Shown here: piece by piece, positions 39,673 through 48,729 of the stretch
Numbering within the stretch: position 1 is the stretch's first letter
Layout: each line of letters begins with the position of its first letter
Origin: Candidatus Poribacteria bacterium
GTDB taxonomy: Bacteria > Poribacteria > WGA-4E > GCA-2687025
Direction of reading: 5' to 3'
Assembly: GCA_963665845.2 (NCBI GenBank)
Contig: OY762492.1
Location: forward strand, 2,016,001 to 2,080,000
DNA length: 64,000 nt
The notes under the pieces: generated by a model
The model's database searches: none
What the model saw: the letters and a program-made list of their open reading frames with translations, nothing else
What the model was told of the DNA's origin: nothing
Translations under genes and position numbers: made by a program

Positions 39673-40794
39673 ATGGCGCATGTGGAGCTTCGCGGGATCG
39701 CCAAGCATTTCGGCAAGACGATCGCCGTCAAGCGTCTCGACATGGAGATTCATGAGGGGGAGTTTGTGTCGCTGCTCGGTCCCTCCGGGTGCGGCAAGAC
39801 GACGACGCTGCGCATCGCCGCGGGACTCGAGACGCCGACCGCGGGAGAGGTGCTGTTTGACGGAAAGCGGGTGACGCATTTGTCGCCCGCCGAGCGGAAC
39901 ATTGCGATGGTGTTTCAGCTGCGCGCGCTGTATCCGCATATGACGGTGCGGGCGAATGTGGCGTTTCCGCTGCGCGCCGAACGTCTGCCGCGCGCCGAGA
40001 TCGCCGCCCGCGTGGAGCGCGCCGCGAAGTGGATGCGCATAGAGCATGTCCTTGACATGACGCCGTCCGCCGTTCATCCAGCCGACGCCCAACGCGCCGC
40101 CATTGCGAAGGCGATGGCGCGCGATCCCGCCCTGTTTCTTTTTGATGAGCCGTTTTCGCGGCTGGACGCGCAGTTGCGCGCTCAAATGCGGATCGAAATC
40201 AAACGCGCCCACCGCGAAACGGGGCGCGCCGCCGCGTTCGTCACCCATGACCAAGCGGAAGCGCTCGCCATCTCCGACCGCGTCGCCGTCATGCGCGAGG
40301 GCGAACTTGTCCAAATCGGAACGCCCGCGCAGATCTTCGATGAGCCGTCTCACCGCTACACCGCCGAGTTTGTCGGCTCGCCGCCCATCAACATGCTGGA
40401 GGCGGAGCTGACGCAGGAGAACGGCGGTCTCCGCCTGCGCATCGCCGGGCAGACGATACAGGTCGAGGACGGCATGGGGTTGAACGGCTGGGACGGTCCG
40501 CGCCGTTTTTTGGTCGGGATGCGACCCCGGCGGATCGCGCTCATGCCGCCGGACGACGCCGAGGGAGATGCGCTGCGCGGCGTCATCGACCTGCTGGAGC
40601 CGATGGGGCGCGAGACGCTGGCGCACATACGCCTGTCGCCGGACGCCGAGGCGCGCTGCCTCTATCCGCGCCAGGAGCGGTGGGAGGAGCGCTGGAGGGA
40701 GGGGGACGCCGCCGCCCTGCGCATTGACGCGCCGCGCATGACCTTCTTTGACGCGGAGACAGGGGCGGCGTTGAAACGGCGGGCGACGCCATGA
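39673..40794 (+). CDS. MalK-like ABC transporter ATP-binding protein with degenerate signature
   Basis: GPSGCGKT, LFLFDEP, VTHDQ and C-terminal TOBE-like domain; no LSGGQ. Confidence 0.88.
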   Translation: MAHVELRGIAKHFGKTIAVKRLDMEIHEGEFVSLLGPSGCGKTTTLRIAAGLETPTAGEVLFDGKRVTHLSPAERNIAMVFQLRALYPHMTVRANVAFPLRAERLPRAEIAARVERAAKWMRIEHVLDMTPSAVHPADAQRAAIAKAMARDPALFLFDEPFSRLDAQLRAQMRIEIKRAHRETGRAAAFVTHDQAEALAISDRVAVMREGELVQIGTPAQIFDEPSHRYTAEFVGSPPINMLEAELTQENGGLRLRIAGQTIQVEDGMGLNGWDGPRRFLVGMRPRRIALMPPDDAEGDALRGVIDLLEPMGRETLAHIRLSPDAEARCLYPRQERWEERWREGDAAALRIDAPRMTFFDAETGAALKRRATP

Positions 40795-41174
40795 AAGCGG
40801 CATGGACATCCCCCGCGTTTCATCTCATGCTGGGCGTCATGGCGGTATGCCTCTTCTTTTTGCCGAGGGTGATGCCGACGCCCGGCGCAGAGCGCGAGTT
40901 GAGCATGAAGACGCGGCGGACAATGGAGCTGTCGGCGGTCGGAACGGCGCTGATTGGGCTGCTGTTCATGGCGCAGCCGTTCGCGCATGGGCTGTTTCGG
41001 GTCGGTTTTTTGGCGCTGTTGGGAGGCGGTCTCGCGTATATCTCGTCCACCTTTTGGCCGGCGCGCGGGTTGACGGCATGGGGCGCGGCGCGGCTGTTGT
41101 ACTGGGTTCTTTATACGTTGGCGGCTGTTTTATGGGTGAGCGCGGCGGCGGCGCCAGCTCTCCTCCGCCTCTAA
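40791..41174 (+). CDS. Small membrane protein (~4 TM)
   Basis: ATGA coupling to the ATPase gene; four hydrophobic segments. Confidence 0.65.
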   Translation: MKAAWTSPAFHLMLGVMAVCLFFLPRVMPTPGAERELSMKTRRTMELSAVGTALIGLLFMAQPFAHGLFRVGFLALLGGGLAYISSTFWPARGLTAWGAARLLYWVLYTLAAVLWVSAAAAPALLRL

Positions 41175-41205
41175 ACAGCGGAGATCTAAAACGAAAGGAT
41201 ACGGC

Positions 41206-41526
41206 ATGTCAGACATGGAAAAGCGGCTCATGCAGTTTCTCGACGAAAGCCCAAACGACGCGATGGCGCTGTTGTCGCTGGCGAACATACGCAAACGGCA
41301 AGGCAAAGCGGAGGAAGCGGAGCGGCTGCTGGCGCGGGCGGTCGCCGCGGAGCCTGAATACCGCTCGGCGCATGCGCTGCTGGGAGAGCTGTTGGAGACG
41401 CGCGGCGACATCGACCGCGCCCGCGAAAGCTACGAACGCGCCTACGAACTGGCGCGCATTGACGGCGACGAGACGATGCAGGCGGAGATGCGGGAGCGGC
41501 TTGCGGCGCTGGATGAGGATATTTAG
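41206..41526 (+). CDS. Small TPR protein
   Basis: Two TPR-like units; AAGGA RBS. Confidence 0.8.
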   Translation: MSDMEKRLMQFLDESPNDAMALLSLANIRKRQGKAEEAERLLARAVAAEPEYRSAHALLGELLETRGDIDRARESYERAYELARIDGDETMQAEMRERLAALDEDI

Positions 41527-41595
41527 CGCCGATACCGCCCGCGTCCGCATTCAGAAAGGCGCCGACTCAAGCGCCTAGATCCTGGGCGCCGGGCG

Positions 41596-42039
41596 CTAAT
41601 CGTCCATGCCGGAGCCGCCTCCGTTGAACTCGTCCATCTCATCCTCGCCGCCGTAAAGGCCGGGAGGGCGCTCCTTTTCTTCATAGAAAGCGTAGTCCGA
41701 CTCGGTCATAAGGCGGTGAACCTCGCTTGGATAGATCAGCTCTATTTTGTAGATCCACCCCTCCTCTTCAGGCGAGTCGTTTAGAATCGAATCGTCTTTT
41801 TCAAGGATCGGGTTCACCTCCACCACCTTTCCGCTCACGGGCGATCTGAACAGAAACTCGGAGCCTTCCCTCGTCTCAACAATGCCGACAGGCTCCATCA
41901 TCCCGTACACAGCCCCCAGCTCCGGCAGGTCGATATAGACGACGTCGCCCGATTCAAGCAGCCGCCGCTCGGTGATTCCGACCGTTCCCGTATCGTTTTG
42001 AATGTCGATCCATTCGTGGTTCATCGTGTAACGCAGCAA
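41596..42039 (-). CDS. Glycine cleavage H-like protein lacking the lipoyl lysine
   Basis: RYTMNHEW, VGIT, GDVVYIDLP, SPVSGKVVEVN and GWIYKI; TTG start after GGGAG. Confidence 0.8.
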   Translation of the reverse strand: MLRYTMNHEWIDIQNDTGTVGITERRLLESGDVVYIDLPELGAVYGMMEPVGIVETREGSEFLFRSPVSGKVVEVNPILEKDDSILNDSPEEEGWIYKIELIYPSEVHRLMTESDYAFYEEKERPPGLYGGEDEMDEFNGGGSGMDD

Positions 42040-42061
42040 GAGAATCTCCCGTCTAGCGTCT

Positions 42062-43066
42062 TTACATACGCCGCGCAATTTCAACAGACCACTGATAAGG
42101 CTTTTCAACAGCGGGCAGATTCGGCGCATAAACGGGGCTGACCGACCCGCTGATTTTCCACGCGCCAAGACGCGCCCATGCCCCCGCGGTCGCCCCGCTC
42201 TGTATCCAGAGCCGTTCGTCAACCGCAATGTCGCCGCCGTTGACCGGCAGATAATCCGCCTTCCAACGCTCGGCGCGGCGCATATATCCCGCGGCGGCGC
42301 CGATTCGGTTTTGGTACACAAGAACCGCCCCGCCTGAACCTTGAGCGGCATGCGGGGACGGAAACCGCGCGTCCGCAGAGAGCGTCAGCGCAAACTCTGA
42401 AGAGAGCCGCAATCGATGCTGAACCCCCGCCGCCGTTTCGCCCCGCACGCGGTAGGACGCGCCGAGACTGGACAGGTCGGAGCCGCTTAAATTCCGCGCA
42501 TGGACGCCGAAACGCCACCGCTCATTCGGCTCATACGCCAGCTGAATGTCCCACGCGGACGCATGGTCGACGCGCTTCCGGTCACGCTTTGCGCGAATCC
42601 ATTTTCCGCCGGCGGAGGCGGTTAGTTTGCGAAAACGCTTCTGAAACGAGACGCCCGTAAGCCAGTCCGAGTCGGCAAAGGCATGCAGCGATGAGCCGTC
42701 CGAGTCGATGCGCTCAAATCCGCCGGAGGAGCGAAACGCGGTTTCGAAACGCAAAGCCGCCGTCTTAGCAAGCGGAAACGGGACCTGAAATCGACGGACA
42801 GCATATCCTTCTCGTATGAGATTCCCCGTCGTTTCGCTTCCGCCGGACGGGAGCGCGCGCCGCAGTTCAACGCGCGTTTCCGGCGCTCTGAGGGTCATGA
42901 GGCTCCATTCCAGCTCCGATACCTGCGCCGCGAGGACGCCCCCGGATCCCTGATGAACAGGCCGATTCAGCTCGTATAGAAACGGCAGCTCCGCGGGCTT
43001 CCCCCAAAGAGAGAGCGCCGCGAACGTCATAAACGCGCTAACCCAAGAGAAGCGCCACATGGGCAA
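42062..43066 (-). CDS. Secreted beta-rich protein, weakly PorV/PorQ(FadL)-like
   Basis: Signal-like N-terminus; GKWI..AWDIQLAY..FGVHARNL strand pattern. Confidence 0.5.
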   Translation of the reverse strand: MPMWRFSWVSAFMTFAALSLWGKPAELPFLYELNRPVHQGSGGVLAAQVSELEWSLMTLRAPETRVELRRALPSGGSETTGNLIREGYAVRRFQVPFPLAKTAALRFETAFRSSGGFERIDSDGSSLHAFADSDWLTGVSFQKRFRKLTASAGGKWIRAKRDRKRVDHASAWDIQLAYEPNERWRFGVHARNLSGSDLSSLGASYRVRGETAAGVQHRLRLSSEFALTLSADARFPSPHAAQGSGGAVLVYQNRIGAAAGYMRRAERWKADYLPVNGGDIAVDERLWIQSGATAGAWARLGAWKISGSVSPVYAPNLPAVEKPYQWSVEIARRM

Positions 43067-43424
43067 CCGCCATCCCTTCCGTATGCGATAAACTCAACCG
43101 CGCCGCTTGTCCGTTCATTTTCTCAAAAAGAACCAGAGCGCGCCGATGAAATTGAATGCTCGGCTTGCCGCGGCGGTTTCGCGTCACCTCAATCTCTTTC
43201 CAGTCGACGCCGTTCCAGCCGGTTCCGAGAGCCTTCATCGCCGCCTCTTTTGCGGCAAAACGCGCGGCGTAGCTCTGGCTCGGCTTCGCCCTTGAATCGC
43301 AGTAACGCCGTTCCGATTCCGTATAGACCCGTTTTTTAAAACGTTCGCCCCAGCGCTCCAGCGCGCGTTCGACTCGTTCAATCTCGATCAGGTCGACCCC
43401 TGTTTCAATGTCTTCAATCGGCAT
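43038..43424 (-). CDS. acpS: Holo-[acyl-carrier-protein] synthase
   Basis: GVDLIE, AARFAAKEA..KALGTG, GKP and LSLSH. Confidence 0.96.
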   Translation of the reverse strand: MPIEDIETGVDLIEIERVERALERWGERFKKRVYTESERRYCDSRAKPSQSYAARFAAKEAAMKALGTGWNGVDWKEIEVTRNRRGKPSIQFHRRALVLFEKMNGQAARLSLSHTEGMAVAHVALLLG

Positions 43425-44280
43425 CGTCAGCTCTTTTTTTACAGATATAATCGGCGACTCGAATCGTTTTGGCGATGAAGGCGACGTCATGCGTACGGAC
43501 GGCGTCGGCTCCGCGGGAGACGGCTACTGCCGCCGCCGCCGCGTCCCCCTCTAAACGTTGATTCGGCGGCGCGCCGTCTAGTATATAACCTAAAAACGAT
43601 TTGCGCGACGTTCCAATCATGAGCGGATACGGCAGCGCCTTTTTAAAACGGCGCAAGCGGCGCAGGATTTTCAAATTATGTCGAAGCGGCGCCTTTCCAA
43701 ACCCGATGCCAGGATCGACCATGAGCGATTCAGGCGGGACGCCCCCGCGCAAAGCCCGCTCCGTCTGCCGTTTTAGAAAATCGATAATCTCCGAAACAAC
43801 GCCGTTGTAGACAGGGCGGCGCTGCATCGTTTTCGGCGAGCCTTGCATGTGCATGACGATGACGCCCGCGCCGTACCGCGCCGCCGTTTTGATCATTTCA
43901 GGGTCGCGCAAACCTGTGATGTCGTTCACAATATGCGCGCCCGCTTCGAGACAGCGCCGGGCGGCGTTCGGCTTGTAGGTGTCGATGGAGAGGACAAGGT
44001 CTGGCTCGTCCGCCAGCGCTTCCACGACCGGCAGGACGCGGCGCAGTTCCTCTTTTTCACTGACCGGCGGCGCGCCTGGGCGCGTCGATTCGCCGCCGAT
44101 GTCGATGATGTCGGCGCCTTCGCCGCGCATCTGAAGCGCGCGCTGTACCGCCTTGTCGGTCGAGTTCCAGAGTCCGCCGTCGGAGAACGAATCGGGGGTC
44201 AGGTTCAGAACGCCCATCGTCAACGTTTTACGGCTGTAGTTTAACTTGCGGTCTCGGCATTGGAAATACGGCATCGTCAT
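43414..44280 (-). CDS. folP: Dihydropteroate synthase
   Basis: MGVLNLTPDSFSDGG, GGESTRPG, DPGIGFGK, SRK and RTHDV. Confidence 0.97.
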   Translation of the reverse strand: MTMPYFQCRDRKLNYSRKTLTMGVLNLTPDSFSDGGLWNSTDKAVQRALQMRGEGADIIDIGGESTRPGAPPVSEKEELRRVLPVVEALADEPDLVLSIDTYKPNAARRCLEAGAHIVNDITGLRDPEMIKTAARYGAGVIVMHMQGSPKTMQRRPVYNGVVSEIIDFLKRQTERALRGGVPPESLMVDPGIGFGKAPLRHNLKILRRLRRFKKALPYPLMIGTSRKSFLGYILDGAPPNQRLEGDAAAAAVAVSRGADAVRTHDVAFIAKTIRVADYICKKRADDAD

Positions 44281-44328
44281 GAAGCGAATCTGCCGCCCGC
44301 GCTCAAAACGCAGGCGCCCCGCCCTCTC

Positions 44329-46266
44329 TCAATGGTCGCCGCCGTCTGCGGAAACGACCGTATTGTCGTCGTCTTCACCTTCATCTGCCGGCGGCTCCGC
44401 CCTTTCTTCAAGCCGTATCGATTCGGGGCGCAGCGCCATGGACGGCTCCTGAACAGGCTTCGGTCCAAGCGTCTGCTCAATCTGCGCCGTGTCAAGCGTC
44501 TCTTTATCCAGCAGCTCCTCCGCCAGCCTGCGCAGATCGTCGATCTGTTTTTCGATGATGCCGCTGGCGGTCGCCCATGCCGTCTCGACCACGTTTCGTA
44601 TCTCTTGATCAATCAGAATGGCGGTCTGCTCCGAGAAGCCCTTGTGGGAAGCGATGTCGCGCCCCAAAAAAACCTGCTCTTCGCGCTGGCGGTAGGCAAG
44701 CGGTCCCACCTTGTCGCTCATTCCGAATTCGCAGACCATGCGGCGCGCCATGTCGGTTGCCTGCATGAAGTCGTTTTGCGCGCCGGTGGTCTGTTCGCCG
44801 AAGACAACCTCCTCGGCGATGCGCCCGCCGAGCGCGCAGCAGATCCTGCCCATCAGCTGGTCTTTGGTGTGGGTGTGGCGATCCTCGTTCGGAAGATAAA
44901 CGGTGACGCCCAGCCCGCGCCCTCTCGGTATGATCGACACCTTATAATTCGGGTCGGCGTGCGGATGATGATGCGCCACAAGCGCATGCCCCGCCTCATG
45001 TATCGCGGTCAATCGGCGCTCCCGGTCGCTGATGACAAGGCTTCGGCGCTCCGGTCCCATCATGACGCGGTCTTTCGCCTCCTCAAAGCTGGACATGTCA
45101 ATGGCGTCCAGCCCCCGTTTTGCCGCCAGCAGCGCCGCGGTGTTCACCACGTTTTGAAGGTCAGAGCCGGCGAACGAGGGCGTTCCCTTCGCCAGCCGCG
45201 CAAGATCGACATTCTCCTCAATCGGTTTGCCTCTGGTGTGAACTTTCAGGATCTCTTCGCGCCCGCGCACATCCGGCAGGTCCACCACAACCTGCTGGTC
45301 AAAACGCCCGGCGCGCAGCAGGGCGGGGTCCAGCACATCGGGGCGGTTCGTCGCCGCGATCACAATCACTCCGCCGGAGGTGTCGAACCCGTCCATCGCG
45401 ACGAGCAGCTGGTTCAGCGTCTGCTCCCGTTCGTCATGCCCGCCGCCGATGCCCGCCCCTCGGTGCCTGCCGACCGCGTCCAGTTCATCGATAAAGATGA
45501 TGCATGGGGCGTTTTTTTTGCCCTGTTCAAACAGGTCGCGCACCCGCGAGGCGCCGACGCCGACAAACATTTCCACAAAATCGGAGCCGCTGATGGTAAA
45601 GAACGGCACGCCCGCTTCCCCCGCGACCGCCTTCGCCAGCAGCGTTTTGCCCGTCCCAGGCGGACCGACCAGCAGGATGCCTTTCGGTATTCGCCCGCCT
45701 AGCTTTTGAAACTTGGCAGGCTCTTTTAGAAATTCGATGATTTCGGCGAGCGCGTCTTTCGCCTCTTCGCAGCCGGCGACATCGTCAAACGTCACTTCGG
45801 GCTGGTCTTGGACATACGCCTTGGCGCGGCTTTTCCCGAACGACAAGGCGCGGTTGCCGGCGCCCTGCATCTGCCGCGACATGAAGACGATGAACCCGAT
45901 AAAGAACAGCAGCGGAAACACCGCGCCGAACACGTTGAGCCACTGAAAGCGCGGCTTCAGCTTGATATCGAACGGAACGCCTTTATCGGTCAGCGTTTCT
46001 GTAAGGTCGCCGTCGCCCGGTATGTAACTGAGCTCGTGGTTCGCGCCGTCCATTTTTTCAACGATCACCTTGTCGCCGCTGATCACCACCTTTTTGATGC
46101 CCCGCGGGTCGTTCTTAATTTCGGTCATGAGATCGCTAAACATGTAGGTTTGGTTGTCGGGCAGCGATCCCATGCGGTTGCCCTTGTCCATCCAGTAGTA
46201 GATGGAGAAGGCGACCGCGATAGCCAGGAACGTCCAGACGATGAAACTTCGCGAGCTTTTCTTCAA
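44329..46266 (-). CDS. ftsH: ATP-dependent zinc metalloprotease FtsH
   Basis: 2 [17 protein letters not shown] and HEAGH. Confidence 0.98.
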   Translation of the reverse strand: MKKSSRSFIVWTFLAIAVAFSIYYWMDKGNRMGSLPDNQTYMFSDLMTEIKNDPRGIKKVVISGDKVIVEKMDGANHELSYIPGDGDLTETLTDKGVPFDIKLKPRFQWLNVFGAVFPLLFFIGFIVFMSRQMQGAGNRALSFGKSRAKAYVQDQPEVTFDDVAGCEEAKDALAEIIEFLKEPAKFQKLGGRIPKGILLVGPPGTGKTLLAKAVAGEAGVPFFTISGSDFVEMFVGVGASRVRDLFEQGKKNAPCIIFIDELDAVGRHRGAGIGGGHDEREQTLNQLLVAMDGFDTSGGVIVIAATNRPDVLDPALLRAGRFDQQVVVDLPDVRGREEILKVHTRGKPIEENVDLARLAKGTPSFAGSDLQNVVNTAALLAAKRGLDAIDMSSFEEAKDRVMMGPERRSLVISDRERRLTAIHEAGHALVAHHHPHADPNYKVSIIPRGRGLGVTVYLPNEDRHTHTKDQLMGRICCALGGRIAEEVVFGEQTTGAQNDFMQATDMARRMVCEFGMSDKVGPLAYRQREEQVFLGRDIASHKGFSEQTAILIDQEIRNVVETAWATASGIIEKQIDDLRRLAEELLDKETLDTAQIEQTLGPKPVQEPSMALRPESIRLEERAEPPADEGEDDDNTVVSADGGDH

Positions 46267-46319
46267 AAGGCTGTCCTCAACTCCGCGCTCATACGATGCT
46301 CCGATGCATAGCCTATCTT

Positions 46320-46348
46320 AGTATAGCAAACGCCGGGCAAGATTGCAA
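46320..46348 (-). promoter_or_regulatory. Putative sigma70 promoter of ftsH operon
   Basis: TTGCAA-17bp-TATACT with TGn. Confidence 0.72.
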
Positions 46349-46359
46349 ACGAGATTCTA

Positions 46360-46526
46360 CTGACCTGACGCCTAAAGTTGGGACATGTTGGCATGCGAAC
46401 GCGGACGTCTTCTGCGGCGCCTCTAGATTCCCGCTTACGCGGGAATGACGACCTGGTTGATGACGCTTTTTTCCCATGAATAGCGCGGTCATCGTTCAAA
46501 TGTCCCGACTTTCAGCATGAGGTCAG
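46360..46526. mobile_element. MITE family A, full length, between divergent promoters
   Basis: Both TIRs present; no TSD. Confidence 0.85.
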
Positions 46527-46538
46527 AGAAAACGCCTG

Positions 46539-46567
46539 TTGAATCCGCCGACGCTTCATGTTAGAGT
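46539..46567 (+). promoter_or_regulatory. Putative sigma70 promoter of Ser/Thr kinase gene
   Basis: TTGAAT-17bp-TAGAGT with TGn. Confidence 0.55.
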
Positions 46568-46632
46568 GGGCATGGCAGTTGGGCAGGAATTCATTTCGCT
46601 GCTGGGCGAATGTCGCGGGCGGGGTTGATCGA

Positions 46633-48483
46633 ATGGCGTTCGATTCGCGGGGCTTTGAAAAATACTATGTTGAAAAGGTGAAGCAGCGCGGCATGTTCCG
46701 CTGCCTCGCCGACAAGTACCGCATCAACGAGTTGGTGGGCGGCGGCTCCTTCTCGGTCGTGTACCGCGCCTCGGAGATACGCGGCAGCCGACGGGTCGCC
46801 GTCAAGGCGCTTCTGCGCGAGGTGTACGACGCGCCCAGCGCCCGCAAATACGCCGAAGCCGAACTGAACGCCATGGGGCAGCTGTGGGACCATCAGAACA
46901 TCGTCTCCGCGCTGACCGTGGAACCCGGCAACGACGAATTTTTAGAGTTCATCGTCATGGAGTATGTGGACGGCGGAAGCCTGGACGCCCGTCTCGACAA
47001 GGGTCCCATGTCCATCCTGGAAGCGCTGGCGGTCGCGCATGACATCTGCAGCGGGCTGGCGCATGCGCATCGGCGCAACATCGTTCACCGCGACATCAAG
47101 CCGAGCAATATCCTCTTGACCTCCGAGGGCGAGGCGAAGGTGTCCGATTTCGGCGTCGCCGAGCTGCGCGAATCGCCCCATGCGTTTCCGTCCACGCTCG
47201 CCGGCACCCGACGCTATATGGCGCCTGAGCAGTATAACGACATGTACGACGAGCGGGTGGATGTGTTCGCGGTCGGCATTCTGCTGTGGGAGATGACGGT
47301 CGGCGTGTTTCCGTATCCCGGCAAAGCGCATGACCATATACAGCGGGCAAAGGAGAACGACCCGGAACCGCCCCCAGATCTGCCCAGCTCCGTGAAAGAT
47401 ATTCTTCATGGAAGTCTGCGCGCCGATCCGTTCGACCGTTTTCGGTCGATGGATGAGATGCTCGCGGCGGTCGAGGATGAGCTGATGAAGGCGTACCGTC
47501 GGGAGGCGCGGGAATGTTATACGTCTAGGGAGCCGCCGCAGGCGGCGCGGTCGCGTTTAGACCCGCTGCGGCGCGCGCTTCGCATCGACGGGCCGGCGGG
47601 CAGGCGGCTTGAGGAGCTGGCGGAGCTGGACGCGCTGCAGACGGCGGAGGATCGAAACGCGGCGCGCGCCCGCGAAGCGGCCTCCGACCTGTCTGATCAG
47701 CTGATGGAATGCGTCATGCGGCGCGACTTCAAAGAAGCTGAAAATCGGGCGAAGGAGCTGGCGGACACCGGAGCCGTTCCAAGATCGGCGCTGAACGCCA
47801 TCGATGGACTGTTGCGTATGTTGAAGGGTCCCTCCTATAGCGTTCCGGCGCCGGTTGAACCGCCTCGTACGCCGCCCCGTATGACCTTGCAGTCGTTCTT
47901 TAACGCGGGGGCGGATCCGGCGGAGTTGCGGGCGGAGGGGCAGCGTCTAGAGTCGCAGCAGAGGTGGCGGCAGGCGCGCGGCGCCTACCAAAAAAGCGCG
48001 AAGCTGTACGCGAAGGAGGGGCAATCGAAGCGCAGCGCGGGCGACCTGTGGCATGCGGCTGAAATGTATGAACTGGCGGGCGATTCCTACCGCAGCGCGC
48101 AGAACAAGCGTCAAAAAGCCCTTCATTTTTGCATCGCCGCGGAATGCTGGATTGAGCATGCGAAGCGGATGGGCAGCCGTCGGGAGCGGGTCGCCGGGGC
48201 GGAGATCTACCGCAGCGCCGCGCGCGCCTATGAGCAGGCGGAGAATGAGGAGCGCGCGCGGGAGTGTTATCAGTCGGCGGCAAGCTTGTTGTATCAGGCG
48301 GCGCAGGAGCGCATCGGCAAGGGCGATCTTCAAAAGGCGAAAACATACGCCTTGAGCGCGCTGGACTTGTCCAAAAAAACGGGCGCCTGGACGCAGGCGG
48401 AGACGTCGCGCCGCCTCCTGTCGCTCATTCGTCAGCGCGAGGAGCGCAAGACAAGCGATTCGCCGACCGACGCCGCGCCTTAA
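46633..48483 (+). CDS. Hanks-type Ser/Thr protein kinase with C-terminal TPR/SNAP-like helical repeats
   Basis: GGGSFS, VAVK, HRDIKPSN, DFG and YMAPE; no TM segment. Confidence 0.92.
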   Translation: MAFDSRGFEKYYVEKVKQRGMFRCLADKYRINELVGGGSFSVVYRASEIRGSRRVAVKALLREVYDAPSARKYAEAELNAMGQLWDHQNIVSALTVEPGNDEFLEFIVMEYVDGGSLDARLDKGPMSILEALAVAHDICSGLAHAHRRNIVHRDIKPSNILLTSEGEAKVSDFGVAELRESPHAFPSTLAGTRRYMAPEQYNDMYDERVDVFAVGILLWEMTVGVFPYPGKAHDHIQRAKENDPEPPPDLPSSVKDILHGSLRADPFDRFRSMDEMLAAVEDELMKAYRREARECYTSREPPQAARSRLDPLRRALRIDGPAGRRLEELAELDALQTAEDRNAARAREAASDLSDQLMECVMRRDFKEAENRAKELADTGAVPRSALNAIDGLLRMLKGPSYSVPAPVEPPRTPPRMTLQSFFNAGADPAELRAEGQRLESQQRWRQARGAYQKSAKLYAKEGQSKRSAGDLWHAAEMYELAGDSYRSAQNKRQKALHFCIAAECWIEHAKRMGSRRERVAGAEIYRSAARAYEQAENEERARECYQSAASLLYQAAQERIGKGDLQKAKTYALSALDLSKKTGAWTQAETSRRLLSLIRQREERKTSDSPTDAAP

Positions 48484-48575
48484 ACCCCCCTAGCCCCCCT
48501 TTTCAAGGGGGGAATCAGAGGCGCGCCCCTTTTCAAGGGGGAAATCAGAGGCGCGCCCCTTTTCAAGGGGGAATC
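48483..48575. repeat. CCCCTTTTCAAGGGG hairpin array (3 units)
   Basis: Three ~30-bp units. Confidence 0.88.
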
Positions 48576-48729
48576 TGACCTCACCCTTAGAGTCGGGACA
48601 ATTCTGGTTGTGAACACGGAAGGTTTCGGGGTAGACTCTGGATTCCCGCTTGCGCGGGAATGACGGTTTGGTTGGCGAAGCCTTTTCCCATAAATGGAGC
48701 GATCATTTGTTCAGATGTCCCAACTTTAG
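48575..48729. mobile_element. MITE family A copy overlapping WD40 stop codon
   Basis: Left TIR CTGACCTCACCCTTAGAGTCGGGACA; right TIR truncated. Confidence 0.8.
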
